Source: Candidatus Latescibacterota bacterium (GTDB lineage Bacteria > Latescibacterota > UBA2968). From it: a stretch of DNA of 64,000 bases. A program made the translations under genes and the position numbers. The DNA is taken from positions 1,568,001-1,632,000 of the forward strand of contig OZ242010.1 of the NCBI GenBank assembly GCA_965204745.1, given 5' to 3'. The notes beneath the pieces were generated by a model, which worked only from the letters and a program-made list of their open reading frames with translations, made no database searches and had not been told where the DNA came from. Position 1 is the stretch's first letter. Each line of letters opens with the position of its first letter. Positions 19,121 to 28,310 of this stretch are shown piece after piece.

Positions 19121-22100
19121 TGGAAGTGGGAGTCGGGATAGAGGCTTCGAATGTAGGGTTCAATGGCTTGAGCGGTCGTGCGCGTAGCAGTTGGCTCGAT
19201 GACGTTCCCTCTGACGAGGGCCTCGTTCCGGAAGAAGAGGACGTATCGAATGATCAGGATTATATCCGAGAACAGCCTCACATCGCCATCGCCATCCACA
19301 TCGAGAATGTTCTGACCGACCAAAGTGTCGAGGTAGGGTTCAATTTCTTGAGCGGTCTTGCGCGTGGCAGTTGGCTCGATGACGTTCCCTCTGAGGAGGG
19401 CCTCTTCCCGGAAGAAGAGGACGTATCGAATGACCAGGATTATATCCGAGAACAATCTCACCCGGCCATCGCCATCCACATCCAAGTTGGCACTCGGTGT
19501 TTCGTCATCGGTCAGGGTCAGGGTCACGGGCGAAGGATCGGTGATGCCTTGGGCGTTGTTTGCGGTTGCAGACACCCTGACCATCTTCTCGTCTGCCTGG
19601 TCGTTGTTGTCCTCTGCGGTGATCGTCACGGTGCCCGTGCTCGTTGTGGTCGTCGCCGCGATGATCAGCGTGTCTGCACTCGATAGCGTGAAGTCGCTCG
19701 CAGTCGCAGGGGACACAGGCGTAGCAGAGACCGTGATCGTCGTGATCGCGCTCGATGGGTGCGATAGGGTCGCCGTGATCGTGGAAACCTCGCCGTTTTC
19801 CGAGATGGACGAGGGCATCAGCACCAACGTCACGGTCGGCGCATCTTCATCGTCGGTCGTCGTCACTGGAACATCCTCGTCCGAAAGGGTGTTGTAGTTG
19901 GCATCGCCGCTTGACGAGGCGAGTCGCACCGTCCAGGTGACGTTCCCGTCGTCGATGATGTCGTCTTGCCCGGTCACGGTCACGGTTTGTGCCGTGTTAT
20001 AGCCTGACGTCGTGAAGGTCAGCATCGCAGGCTCAACCCGCCCCTCGCTCGGGTCTTGGCTCGTCACCGAAATCGTCACCGCCGCCGTGGGTTGCGTCAG
20101 CAGGGCCACCGTGAAGGTCGCCGAGGCACCGGCCTCTGTCGCCTGCCCGGTCAGCGCGCTGATGTCCAAGCCGAAATCGTTATCGCGGTTGACCATGTAC
20201 ACGCTGATCGCGGTGAGCGCGTCGTAGTTGGTGTCCTGCGTATCCGTCTGGTTCACCGAAAGGGTGACCGTATAGTTCTGGTTGCCATCGACGTTGTTGG
20301 CGGGGGCATCGTCCTGTCCGGTCACGGTCACGGTTTGCGCCGTGCTCCATGTTGTCGATGAGAAGGTCAGCACCGAGGGCGATACAGTGCCTTCCGTCGT
20401 GTCTGAACTGACCACCGAGAGGGCCACGTTCCCGGTTGGCTCGGAGGCGAGCGTGACCGTGAAGGTCTCTGCCCTGCCCGACTCTGTCGTGTGGAGCCTG
20501 ACCGTCGTCGTGGTCATCGCCGACACCTCAATCGCCGCCTCGTCGTCATCGGTGATCGTCAGCGACGTAGCCTGCACGTTGCCCGCGCCGTGGTCGTTCT
20601 CCACAGCGGCGGTCTGCACCATCACCGCGTTGTCTGATGCGTCTATGTCGTTGTCCACGGCGGTGAGTGCCACCGTGTCCGTCGCGTTCGCCGTGCTCCC
20701 GGCCGCGATGGTGATCGTCGAATCCGACCCCACCGTGTAGGCATTCGCCACCGGGCGTACCGTGATCGTTGTCGCCGCGCTCGATGGGTGTGTCAGCGTC
20801 GCGCTCACCGTGCTCACGCCGCCGGCCTCCGAGATGGACGCGGGCGACAGCATTAGTGTCACGTCCGGCGCGGCGTCATCGTCTGTGATTGTCAAAGCCG
20901 TGCCGGTCACACTGCCTGCGCCTTGGGCGTTGTTCGCCACAACGGACACGGTCACGTCGCGATTAGGCGCGTCTTGGGTGTTGTTCACCGCTGTAATGAC
21001 CACGGTATCCGTCGCGTTCGCCGTGCTCCCAGCCGCGATGGTGATCGTCGAATCCATCCCCACCGTGTAAGCACCGGTCACAGGGCGCACTGTGATCGTC
21101 GTCGCCGCGCTCGACGCATGCGACAGCGTCGCCGTGATCGTCGAAACACCGCCGGTCTCTGCAATCGACGCGGGCGACAGCGTCAGTGCCACATCCGGCG
21201 CGGCCTCATCGTCTGTGATCGTCAGGATCACGGCAGACGATAGCGACGCCCCATTGCCACCTGCCACCGTTGCAGACACGGTCACGCGCTTGTCCGGCGC
21301 ATCGGTCGTGTCGTTCACCGAGGTGATCGTCACGGCGCCCGTGCTCGTCGTCACATTCGCCGCGAAGGTCAGCGTGGTCGTGGTCGATAGCGTAAAATCG
21401 CCCGCAACCGCAGGCGACACCTCGGTCGCTGAAACCGTGACCGTCGTCGCCACGGTTGCAACGCGATCTAGCGTCGCCGTGATCGTGGAAATCTGGGCAT
21501 TCTCCGTAATTGACGCAGGAGTCAAAACCAACGTCACCTGCGCCACTTCGTCATCGATAATCGTCAGCGTCGCATCAGTGACCGATCCCGTGCCTATGCT
21601 GTTGCCCGCCGTGCTCGACACGGTCACCGTCTTGTTCCCCGAAGATATGCTGTTGTCCACCGTCCTGATCGTCACGGTGCCCGTGCTCATCGTTTGCCCC
21701 GCCGCGACGGTCAGCGTGGCCGGCGTACTCAGCATGTAGTCGCCCGGAACCGCAGGCGACACAGCCGACGCTGAAACCGTGATCGTCGTCGCCGCGCTCG
21801 ACGTGTGAGACAGGGTCGCGGTCACCGTCGAAATCGCGCCGTTCTCTGAAATCGACGCAGGAGACAAAACCATCGTCACGTCCGGCGCAACGTCGTCGTC
21901 CGTCAGCGTCAAAGCCGCACCGGTCACACTGCCCGCGCCTTGGGTGTTGCTCATCACACCTAGCACGGTCACGTCGCGATTAGGCGCGTCTTGGGTATTG
22001 TTCACCGCTGTGATGACCACCGTGTCCGACGCGTTAATCGTGTCCCCGGCCGCGATGGTGATCGTCGTATCCGACCCCACCGTGTAAGCACCCGCCACCG

Positions 22101-25100
22101 GGCGCACCGTGATCGTCGTCGCCGCGCTCGATGGACGCGATAGCGACGCCGTGACCGTCGAAACCGCGCCGTTCTCCGAAATCGACGCCGGTGACGCCGC
22201 CAACGTCGCTGTCGGTGCAGGGTCGTCGTCCTCCAGCGTCAAAGTCGCACCAGTTACACTGCCCGCGACTTGGGCGTTGCCCGCCACACCGGACACGGTC
22301 ACGTTGCGATTAGGCTCGTCTCGGGTGTTGTTCACCGCTGTGATGACCACCGTGTCCGACGCGTTCGCAGTGCTCCCGGCCGCGATGGTGATCGTCGAAT
22401 CCGCCGCCACCGTGTAAGCACCCGCCACCGGGCGCACCGTGATCGTCGTCGCCGCGCTCAACGGGTGTGCCAGCGTCGCGGTCACAGTGCTCATCCCGCC
22501 GTTTTCCGAGATCGACGAGGGCATCAGGGTCAACGTCACTCTCGCGGGTTGAAGCTGAAATTGCGCGGTGGTGTCCATGCCGGCATACTTCAAGGCCGGA
22601 TACTGATCCATCGCGCCAAAGGTCCACGGATCATCGTTGCCGGGTTGTCCGTCGAGGTTGGCGTTCCAGTTGTAGTAGGTGTCGTTGGCGGTGGCACCGT
22701 AGGTAGTAGGGCTTTGGAGCTCGCTGGTCGTCTTGCCCGCCGCGCCGCTACCGCCGAAGCTCGTTGTGCGCCCGCTGGTTGTGGTGTCCCAGTAGCTATC
22801 GGTAACCGTGCCCGTGCCGGCATTCGACTCGCCCAACAGCCCGCCGATAGATGTCATCGACCCGCTGGAGAGGCTGACCGCGCCGGTGGAGTAGGAGTTT
22901 GTTATGGAGCCGGTGGTCGCTTTTGAGCCTACCAGCCCACCGAGGTTCTGAGTCGCGCTGACGGATGCGAGGGAGTAGCTTGTGGAAATGGAGCCTCCGG
23001 TCCAGCCGACCAGACCGCCGACGACATTGTCGCCCGTCATGCGACCGGTGGTGTAGCAGGCGACGATTTCGCCGCGATTGGCGCCGACCAGAATGCCACT
23101 AAAGTCGTCTGCCGTAACATCGGCGTCGGTTACGCCCAGCGACTCGATGCGGGAGTTGGTGCCGGTGCCGCCGAACAGTGCTTGGTAGCTAACGGTGTTG
23201 CGGCTGATGAACAGGTTTTGGACGGTGTAGCCGTTGCCTTTGAAATCGCCTGTGTATCGAAACGCTGGGCTGGCGTCGGAGCCGATGGGCATCCAGCCTT
23301 GGCCGCTATTCCAGTAGGTGGTGTCTGCTTGGGTGATTGCGCCGTCGTTGTTCTCGTCAAAATCCAAGTTGTTGAGCAGTTCGTAGCCAGTGCAACCGCT
23401 GGAAGGGCAACCCTTTCCGACTGAGGCGTTGGGAAAGACGGCGTTGTAGGCGGTCGTATCGCTGGTCGAGGCACTGGCGTCTATGAAACCATTGCCATCC
23501 AAATCCCAGCGCATGGCATGCAGTTGCGCCAAGGTCGAGACCTCAAGGAGGCCATCGCTATCCGTGTCATAATGCACGGGTTGGGCAGCGTACTGCACCG
23601 TGGTGTCCATGTCGGCAAACTTCAAGACCGGATACTGCTTTGTCGTGCCAAAGGTCCAGGGATCATCATCGTTGGCCCCCGAAGCATCTATGGTCAGATC
23701 GTCCCAAGCGGCATAGATATCACGCGCAGACGTGACCGATTGTAAGTCGGCAGTCAACTTGCCCTCCGGCGCAACAGTATCGCCATCGTCGGCAATGCCG
23801 CTTTCTTGCGTGTCCCAATAGCTATCGGTCACTGTGCCAGCCGAACTGCCCACCAAACCGCCTTTCGTACCGGTACCCGTGACCCGGCCTATCGCGTAAC
23901 TGGCGGTCACGCCACCGCTACTCGCGATTTGACCCACCAAACCGCCACCCACCGCGCTGCTGTGTCCCACGAACACCGAGCCCAGCGCGTAAGACGCCAC
24001 CACCTCGGTCTGATCGGTCAGCCAACCCACCAAACCGCCGGCCATCCCGCCACTCGTCACATGTGCAGGAACCCGCACAGAGACGAGCGCATAGCTGCTC
24101 ACAATGCGGTTGGTGCCCGAAGTGCGATAAGACCGACCAACCAAACCACCCACACCCCACTTCGCCCCCTCAACGCGACCCGTCACATAACACGACGAGA
24201 TGGTGCTTCCACCACCTTGATTACCGGCCAGACCACCCACGCGGTCAGCGCCGGTCACATTCACATTCAACAACCCCAACCCCGAAACATCGCCATCAAC
24301 CGCATGGAACAATCCTACATTATGCCGAGACCGGTTGATGAACAGGTGGGAGATCGTCTTGTTGTTGCCTTTGAACGTGCCGCCGTAAGGCCCCACAGGG
24401 TTCCAGCCGGCGCCGCTATTCCAGTAGGTGGTGTCTGCTTGGGTGATTGCGCCGTCGTTGTTCTCGTCAAAATCCAAATTGTTGAGCAGTTCGTAGCCGA
24501 TGCAGGTACCGGACGGGCAACCCATCCGGCCGGTATTGCTGGTGTTGCGGAGGGGAAAGGCGGCGCCATAATCGGCGTGGGTAGCGTCGCCATTGCCGTT
24601 GAGGTCGTGGCGAATGGCGTTGAGTTGCGCCAAGGTGGTGATGTCAATCAGGCGGTCATTGTCCATGTCGTAGTCGGTGGCCGGTCGGCCCTGGGCAACC
24701 AGGGAATGACCGCCGTACTTCAGCACCGGATACTGCGATGACGTTCCGAAGTCCCAGGGGTCGTCGTTGCCGGTCTGTCCGTCAATGTTGATGTTCCAGG
24801 TGGCGTAGATGCCGGTGTAGCCGGTGGGAGTTTGGAGAGTGCTGGTGGTCTGACCCGTGCCGCCTGCGCTGGTGGTCTGACCGCTGGTTTCGGTGTCCCA
24901 GTAGCTACTGACCACGCTAGCTGCGCCAAAACCCTGTGCTGTGAAGAAACTTGCTACTAAACCGCCGATGGTTGATGCTGTTCCGCTGGACAGGCTGACC
25001 CGGCCGATAGAGTAGGAGTTTGTTATATTTCTTCCTTGGCCTAACAGACCGCCGACTTGGCTTGTTCCGCTGACAGAAGCAATCGAGTAACTGGTCGAGA

Positions 25101-25764
25101 AAGTCCGATTAGTCCAGCCGACTAATCCACCAACATAATTGGTGCCTTGTACCCTGCCGGTGGTGTAACAGGCGACAACGTCGCCGCTGGTACCGGCTAG
25201 AATGCCGCTGAATTCCCTTCCCGTGACATTGGCGTTGGTCACGCCCAGGGATTCGATTTGACTACTTGAGCCGCCGAACAGCCCAATGTAATCATCTCCG
25301 CTACGGTTGATGAACAGGTTGTTGATGGTATAGCCGTTGCCCTTGAAAGGGGCACTGTAACTCTGTGTACCATCGGGATCGCCCACGGGTCTCCAACCTG
25401 CACCGCTGTTCCAGTAGTTGCCGCTGTGGTCATTGGCGTCCACGTCGCCGTCGCCGTCGCTGTCGAAGTCCAGGTTGTTCATCAGTTCGTAGCCGTTACA
25501 GCCGGGGGACGGGCAACCCATACCCGAGGCGGCGTTGGGGAAGGCGGTGTTGTAAAGTGTCCATTCGCCGGCTGTCGCGTAGCCTTGCACGGCATTGCCG
25601 TCGAGGTCGTAGTTTATGGCTTGGAGTTGTGCCAAAGTGGTGATGTCAATCAGGCGGTCGTTGTCCATGTCGTAGTCAACGGTGGTTTGGGCAAAAGCCT
25701 GCCCCGATGCCACCAGCATGCCCAACGCGACCAGGGCCAACAAGTGAGCGTAGCGGGACATCAT
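19117..25764 (-). CDS. Giant secreted repeat protein/adhesin (3 GLUG-type beta-helix modules, ~9 Ig/Calx-beta-like repeats, duplicated dockerin-like C-terminus)
   Basis: Signal peptide ending AFA-Q; three DYD.D.D.L.....LAQL modules with VGGLVG repeats; repeated VTLxLxPASISENGGVSTxTATL...LTxTDDD units; terminal DVDGDG..RLFSDIIL x2. Confidence 0.85.
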   Translation of the reverse strand: MMSRYAHLLALVALGMLVASGQAFAQTTVDYDMDNDRLIDITTLAQLQAINYDLDGNAVQGYATAGEWTLYNTAFPNAASGMGCPSPGCNGYELMNNLDFDSDGDGDVDANDHSGNYWNSGAGWRPVGDPDGTQSYSAPFKGNGYTINNLFINRSGDDYIGLFGGSSSQIESLGVTNANVTGREFSGILAGTSGDVVACYTTGRVQGTNYVGGLVGWTNRTFSTSYSIASVSGTSQVGGLLGQGRNITNSYSIGRVSLSSGTASTIGGLVASFFTAQGFGAASVVSSYWDTETSGQTTSAGGTGQTTSTLQTPTGYTGIYATWNINIDGQTGNDDPWDFGTSSQYPVLKYGGHSLVAQGRPATDYDMDNDRLIDITTLAQLNAIRHDLNGNGDATHADYGAAFPLRNTSNTGRMGCPSGTCIGYELLNNLDFDENNDGAITQADTTYWNSGAGWNPVGPYGGTFKGNNKTISHLFINRSRHNVGLFHAVDGDVSGLGLLNVNVTGADRVGGLAGNQGGGSTISSCYVTGRVEGAKWGVGGLVGRSYRTSGTNRIVSSYALVSVRVPAHVTSGGMAGGLVGWLTDQTEVVASYALGSVFVGHSSAVGGGLVGQIASSGGVTASYAIGRVTGTGTKGGLVGSSAGTVTDSYWDTQESGIADDGDTVAPEGKLTADLQSVTSARDIYAAWDDLTIDASGANDDDPWTFGTTKQYPVLKFADMDTTVQYAAQPVHYDTDSDGLLEVSTLAQLHAMRWDLDGNGFIDASASTSDTTAYNAVFPNASVGKGCPSSGCTGYELLNNLDFDENNDGAITQADTTYWNSGQGWMPIGSDASPAFRYTGDFKGNGYTVQNLFISRNTVSYQALFGGTGTNSRIESLGVTDADVTADDFSGILVGANRGEIVACYTTGRMTGDNVVGGLVGWTGGSISTSYSLASVSATQNLGGLVGSKATTGSITNSYSTGAVSLSSGSMTSIGGLLGESNAGTGTVTDSYWDTTTSGRTTSFGGSGAAGKTTSELQSPTTYGATANDTYYNWNANLDGQPGNDDPWTFGAMDQYPALKYAGMDTTAQFQLQPARVTLTLMPSSISENGGMSTVTATLAHPLSAATTITVRPVAGAYTVAADSTITIAAGSTANASDTVVITAVNNTRDEPNRNVTVSGVAGNAQVAGSVTGATLTLEDDDPAPTATLAASPASISENGAVSTVTASLSRPSSAATTITVRPVAGAYTVGSDTTITIAAGDTINASDTVVITAVNNTQDAPNRDVTVLGVMSNTQGAGSVTGAALTLTDDDVAPDVTMVLSPASISENGAISTVTATLSHTSSAATTITVSASAVSPAVPGDYMLSTPATLTVAAGQTMSTGTVTIRTVDNSISSGNKTVTVSSTAGNSIGTGSVTDATLTIIDDEVAQVTLVLTPASITENAQISTITATLDRVATVATTVTVSATEVSPAVAGDFTLSTTTTLTFAANVTTSTGAVTITSVNDTTDAPDKRVTVSATVAGGNGASLSSAVILTITDDEAAPDVALTLSPASIAETGGVSTITATLSHASSAATTITVRPVTGAYTVGMDSTITIAAGSTANATDTVVITAVNNTQDAPNRDVTVSVVANNAQGAGSVTGTALTITDDDAAPDVTLMLSPASISEAGGVSTVSATLTHPSSAATTITVRPVANAYTVGSDSTITIAAGSTANATDTVALTAVDNDIDASDNAVMVQTAAVENDHGAGNVQATSLTITDDDEAAIEVSAMTTTTVRLHTTESGRAETFTVTLASEPTGNVALSVVSSDTTEGTVSPSVLTFSSTTWSTAQTVTVTGQDDAPANNVDGNQNYTVTLSVNQTDTQDTNYDALTAISVYMVNRDNDFGLDISALTGQATEAGASATFTVALLTQPTAAVTISVTSQDPSEGRVEPAMLTFTTSGYNTAQTVTVTGQDDIIDDGNVTWTVRLASSSGDANYNTLSDEDVPVTTTDDEDAPTVTLVLMPSSISENGEVSTITATLSHPSSAITTITVSATPVSPATASDFTLSSADTLIIAATTTTSTGTVTITAEDNNDQADEKMVRVSATANNAQGITDPSPVTLTLTDDETPSANLDVDGDGRVRLFSDIILVIRYVLFFREEALLRGNVIEPTATRKTAQEIEPYLDTLVGQNILDVDGDGDVRLFSDIILIIRYVLFFRNEALVRGNVIEPTATRTTAQAIEPYIRSLYPDSHFQ

Positions 25765-25781
25765 TTTGTCCCCCTCTCCGA

Positions 25782-25797
25782 GGGGGGGGGGGGGGGG
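25782..25797. repeat. G16 homopolymer in the adhesin 5' leader
   Basis: 17 nt upstream of the ATG; on the mRNA the poly-C can pair with the GAGGGG SD. Confidence 0.8.
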
Positions 25798-26023
25798 TAC
25801 ACTGTACTGATCATCCTAACAGACTGTTTTGCAATGAAATAGAAGCATGCCTCAAGACGAGAATGGGCACCATGAACGCCCGTTTTCGCAGGAGAACGGT
25901 GGCCTCCAAACAGGTTTGAACAACGTCGAAAAATGGCGGGAATCATCTGAAGTCTCCTTTGCAAAAGCTGTCGCACAGACCGGGCGCGGCCTTTCCTCCG
26001 CGCTCAAAATCGCAATGGTGAAC

Positions 26024-26128
26024 GAAAAAAACTAAAAAATCGCGCTATTATTTGTCAAGCGAAAAAATGACGATGGGATCGGTGGTCAGTCAAGCGAGAA
26101 GGACAGGCGCAGGGGCCTGTGCCTGCGA
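26024..26128 (-). promoter_or_regulatory. Duplicated promoter-like module, copy 1 (upstream of the adhesin)
   Basis: TTGACA on the minus strand at 26053-26058; ~100 nt similar to 27782-27882. Confidence 0.6.
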
Positions 26129-26211
26129 CGGATGGCGGCAGGATGTGCGATTAGCCACAAAAGGCACAAAAACACAAAAGGGCGATGGGTCTTCCGAGGG
26201 ATTGTGCGAGG

Positions 26212-26442
26212 GGGACCTACCCCCTGGCCCCCTTCCTGCGAGGAAGGGGGAACTGTGAGCGGTTTTGCGAGGGGAATGGCGTAGAGGTTTTTTGGGGTTC
26301 ATAGCGTGATCTATTCGCGCAAAGCCATCAAAACAGCCAGGGATACAAACCTTCAAGAAAGCCATGCGCTCCCCCTTTCCTTGTAGGCACAGGCGTAGCC
26401 TACAATGAGCGAAGCGAATAACGGGGGCCGGGGGGATAGGGC
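26212..26442. repeat. MITE-like element, family A (inverted relative to 18654)
   Basis: gggacctacccc ... gggggataggg; core is the reverse complement of the other copies. Confidence 0.7.
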
Positions 26443-26780
26443 TTGCGGTAGGGCGGTGTGGGGTAATCCGCGCAATCCGCGTAATCCGTTTAATCCGCGA
26501 TTCAGACACGGTGGGGTGGGGACGGGGACGCACGGGTGGAGAGGCGGCGCGGATCGAGGCTTTCTCTGTTTTGCGGGCACGCTTATCGCTCTAAAACAAA
26601 ATGTCAACAGAACCTCGTTCATGTCTTTGGATGATGGGGTGCGGCTTGCTTCTTACTCGCTTTCTACTCTCAATTCGCATTGTCAGTTGACTAATTCTAA
26701 CGAACATAGCGGTGGGGCACGGGCGGGGCGGAAAGGTGAGGCCGCACGGGCGGCAGGGTCGTGGGTAATGCAAAATCGCG

Positions 26781-27095
26781 TCACGCCTCCGCATCCAATG
26801 CGCGCTGAAATTCACCCAGATCAGCGACTTGCACTGCCGAGCGATGCAACTGCTTGAGGCGTTGCAAATCTTCGATGGTCCGAAGGCGACCTGCGACCTG
26901 ATCGGCCACGGCAGGATCAAAGCGAATCTCCAACACGTCGAGAATCGCGTCCATGGTATGTTCCCTACCCCCTCGCTCGATGCCCTGCTCGATGCCCTGC
27001 TCGATGCCCTGCTCAATGCCCTGCTCAATAAACTGTTCCTTGAAGTGCTCCTTGAGGTATTGGGCAAACGATGATTCACGCATAATCGCGTCCAT
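26781..27095 (-). CDS. Putative internal in-frame small Rpn product (RpnS-like, 104 aa)
   Basis: Perfect AGGAGG SD (27101-27106) 5 nt before the internal ATG of MDAIMRESS. Confidence 0.6.
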   Translation of the reverse strand: MDAIMRESSFAQYLKEHFKEQFIEQGIEQGIEQGIEQGIERGGREHTMDAILDVLEIRFDPAVADQVAGRLRTIEDLQRLKQLHRSAVQVADLGEFQRALDAEA

Positions 27096-27734
27096 AAAAC
27101 CCTCCTGAGAAAGAATTCGGTTGATGGTGGTCGGCTCATAAGCCAAACCACTCATGACCGCCAAGCCACCCAAAAAGTCGATCTTGCTTGAATGATCCAA
27201 GGGCATCACATCGGTCTTGCGGATACACTGACGCAACCAAGTCTCTGAATCCACCCCCACAGGAGGTTTCATCAACGGCGCGAAAGGAAGCAAGCCCGCC
27301 TGACCCCCTTCAAGAATGCTTTGCCCATCCATCTCACTCAGCCGAATCACCTTGTATTCCACATAGATGAAATGGCCGGGAAGTTCTTGCGTGTAGCATC
27401 CTGGATCGTGCCGCCCGGCATTGCGCCGCAAGTAGATCACACAGGAATAGACCGGCAGGCCATACTGCGCGATAATGTAACCCATGTAATTGATCATGCG
27501 GCGATTCATCGGGGTGCCCGTGCTGTCGGTGGTTTGAAATTCCGTGTGAACCAAGGCATCCTGACCGTCAATCCGCACGCGAATCAGATTATCGCTTCGG
27601 CGCATTTCAACGGTGGGTTGTTCGGTTTCGAGCAGACCGTCAACTTCCACGTCAACTCGTCCGAGAATGAATTGGACAAGGTCGTCTGGATAGTTTTGAA
27701 TCAGGTGTTTGGAAATTGTATCGTACTCGGCCAT
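26781..27734 (-). CDS. Rpn family recombination-promoting nuclease / PD-(D/E)XK 'putative transposase'
   Basis: YDTISKHLI, RRSDNLIRV, VHTEFQT, MNRRMINY, LLPFAPLM, C-terminal (EQGI)n repeats. Confidence 0.88.
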   Translation of the reverse strand: MAEYDTISKHLIQNYPDDLVQFILGRVDVEVDGLLETEQPTVEMRRSDNLIRVRIDGQDALVHTEFQTTDSTGTPMNRRMINYMGYIIAQYGLPVYSCVIYLRRNAGRHDPGCYTQELPGHFIYVEYKVIRLSEMDGQSILEGGQAGLLPFAPLMKPPVGVDSETWLRQCIRKTDVMPLDHSSKIDFLGGLAVMSGLAYEPTTINRILSQEGFMDAIMRESSFAQYLKEHFKEQFIEQGIEQGIEQGIEQGIERGGREHTMDAILDVLEIRFDPAVADQVAGRLRTIEDLQRLKQLHRSAVQVADLGEFQRALDAEA

Positions 27735-27781
27735 GTGAATCCCCTTCAATAAAGTCATCCCCATTCGATTTCAAAGCGAAT

Positions 27782-27882
27782 GAAAAAAATAAAGAATCAC
27801 GCTATTGTTTGTCAAGGGGTAAAATGACGATGGGATCGGTGGTCAAGCGAGAAGGACAGGCACGGGGCCCTATCCCTACGGA
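27782..27882 (-). promoter_or_regulatory. Duplicated promoter-like module, copy 2 (upstream of rpn)
   Basis: TTGACA on the minus strand at 27810-27815; shares aaaatgacgatgggatcggtggtca..agcgagaaggacaggc with copy 1. Confidence 0.6.
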
Positions 27883-28022
27883 TGATGAGGCGGGGGATGC
27901 GAAGGAGATAGCGGAGTGGGAACGATGAAGCGGCGGTAGGGCGGTGGGTGGATCTCACCTCTTACTTCTTGCCTCTTACTTGGGGGTAGGGCTTGCGGTG
28001 GGGCGGCGAGGATGCGTACGCC

Positions 28023-28310
28023 CTATTCTTCTGCCTTGGCTTTGACGACGCGCTCGAGTTTGTGGATGTCGCGCCAGAGTACGCGAATCCTGCCTTGCGT
28101 CTCTGTGGTGACGACGATTTCTCCTGCGGTTGACCGCAATGCGATGCCTTGAAATGTCGCGCCGTCTTTGGTCTCTATACGCACGGAATCGCCAGTGGTG
28201 ATTTGTTCGGGGGAATGCACCACTTCGTAAAAAAAATAAGAAGAGGGCGAGGTGGTCTCGCAACCACACAGACACAGGCTCAAGACCGCGAATGCGAGCA
28301 ATTGGTTCAT
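28023..28310 (-). CDS. Small lipoprotein
   Basis: MNQLLAFAVLSLCLCGC lipobox; ATGA overlap with the upstream gene. Confidence 0.7.
   Translation of the reverse strand: MNQLLAFAVLSLCLCGCETTSPSSYFFYEVVHSPEQITTGDSVRIETKDGATFQGIALRSTAGEIVVTTETQGRIRVLWRDIHKLERVVKAKAEE

Noticed and set aside
26980-27030. 12-bp tandem repeat as a possible CRISPR
   Set aside because: Coding EQGI repeat within rpn; no spacers
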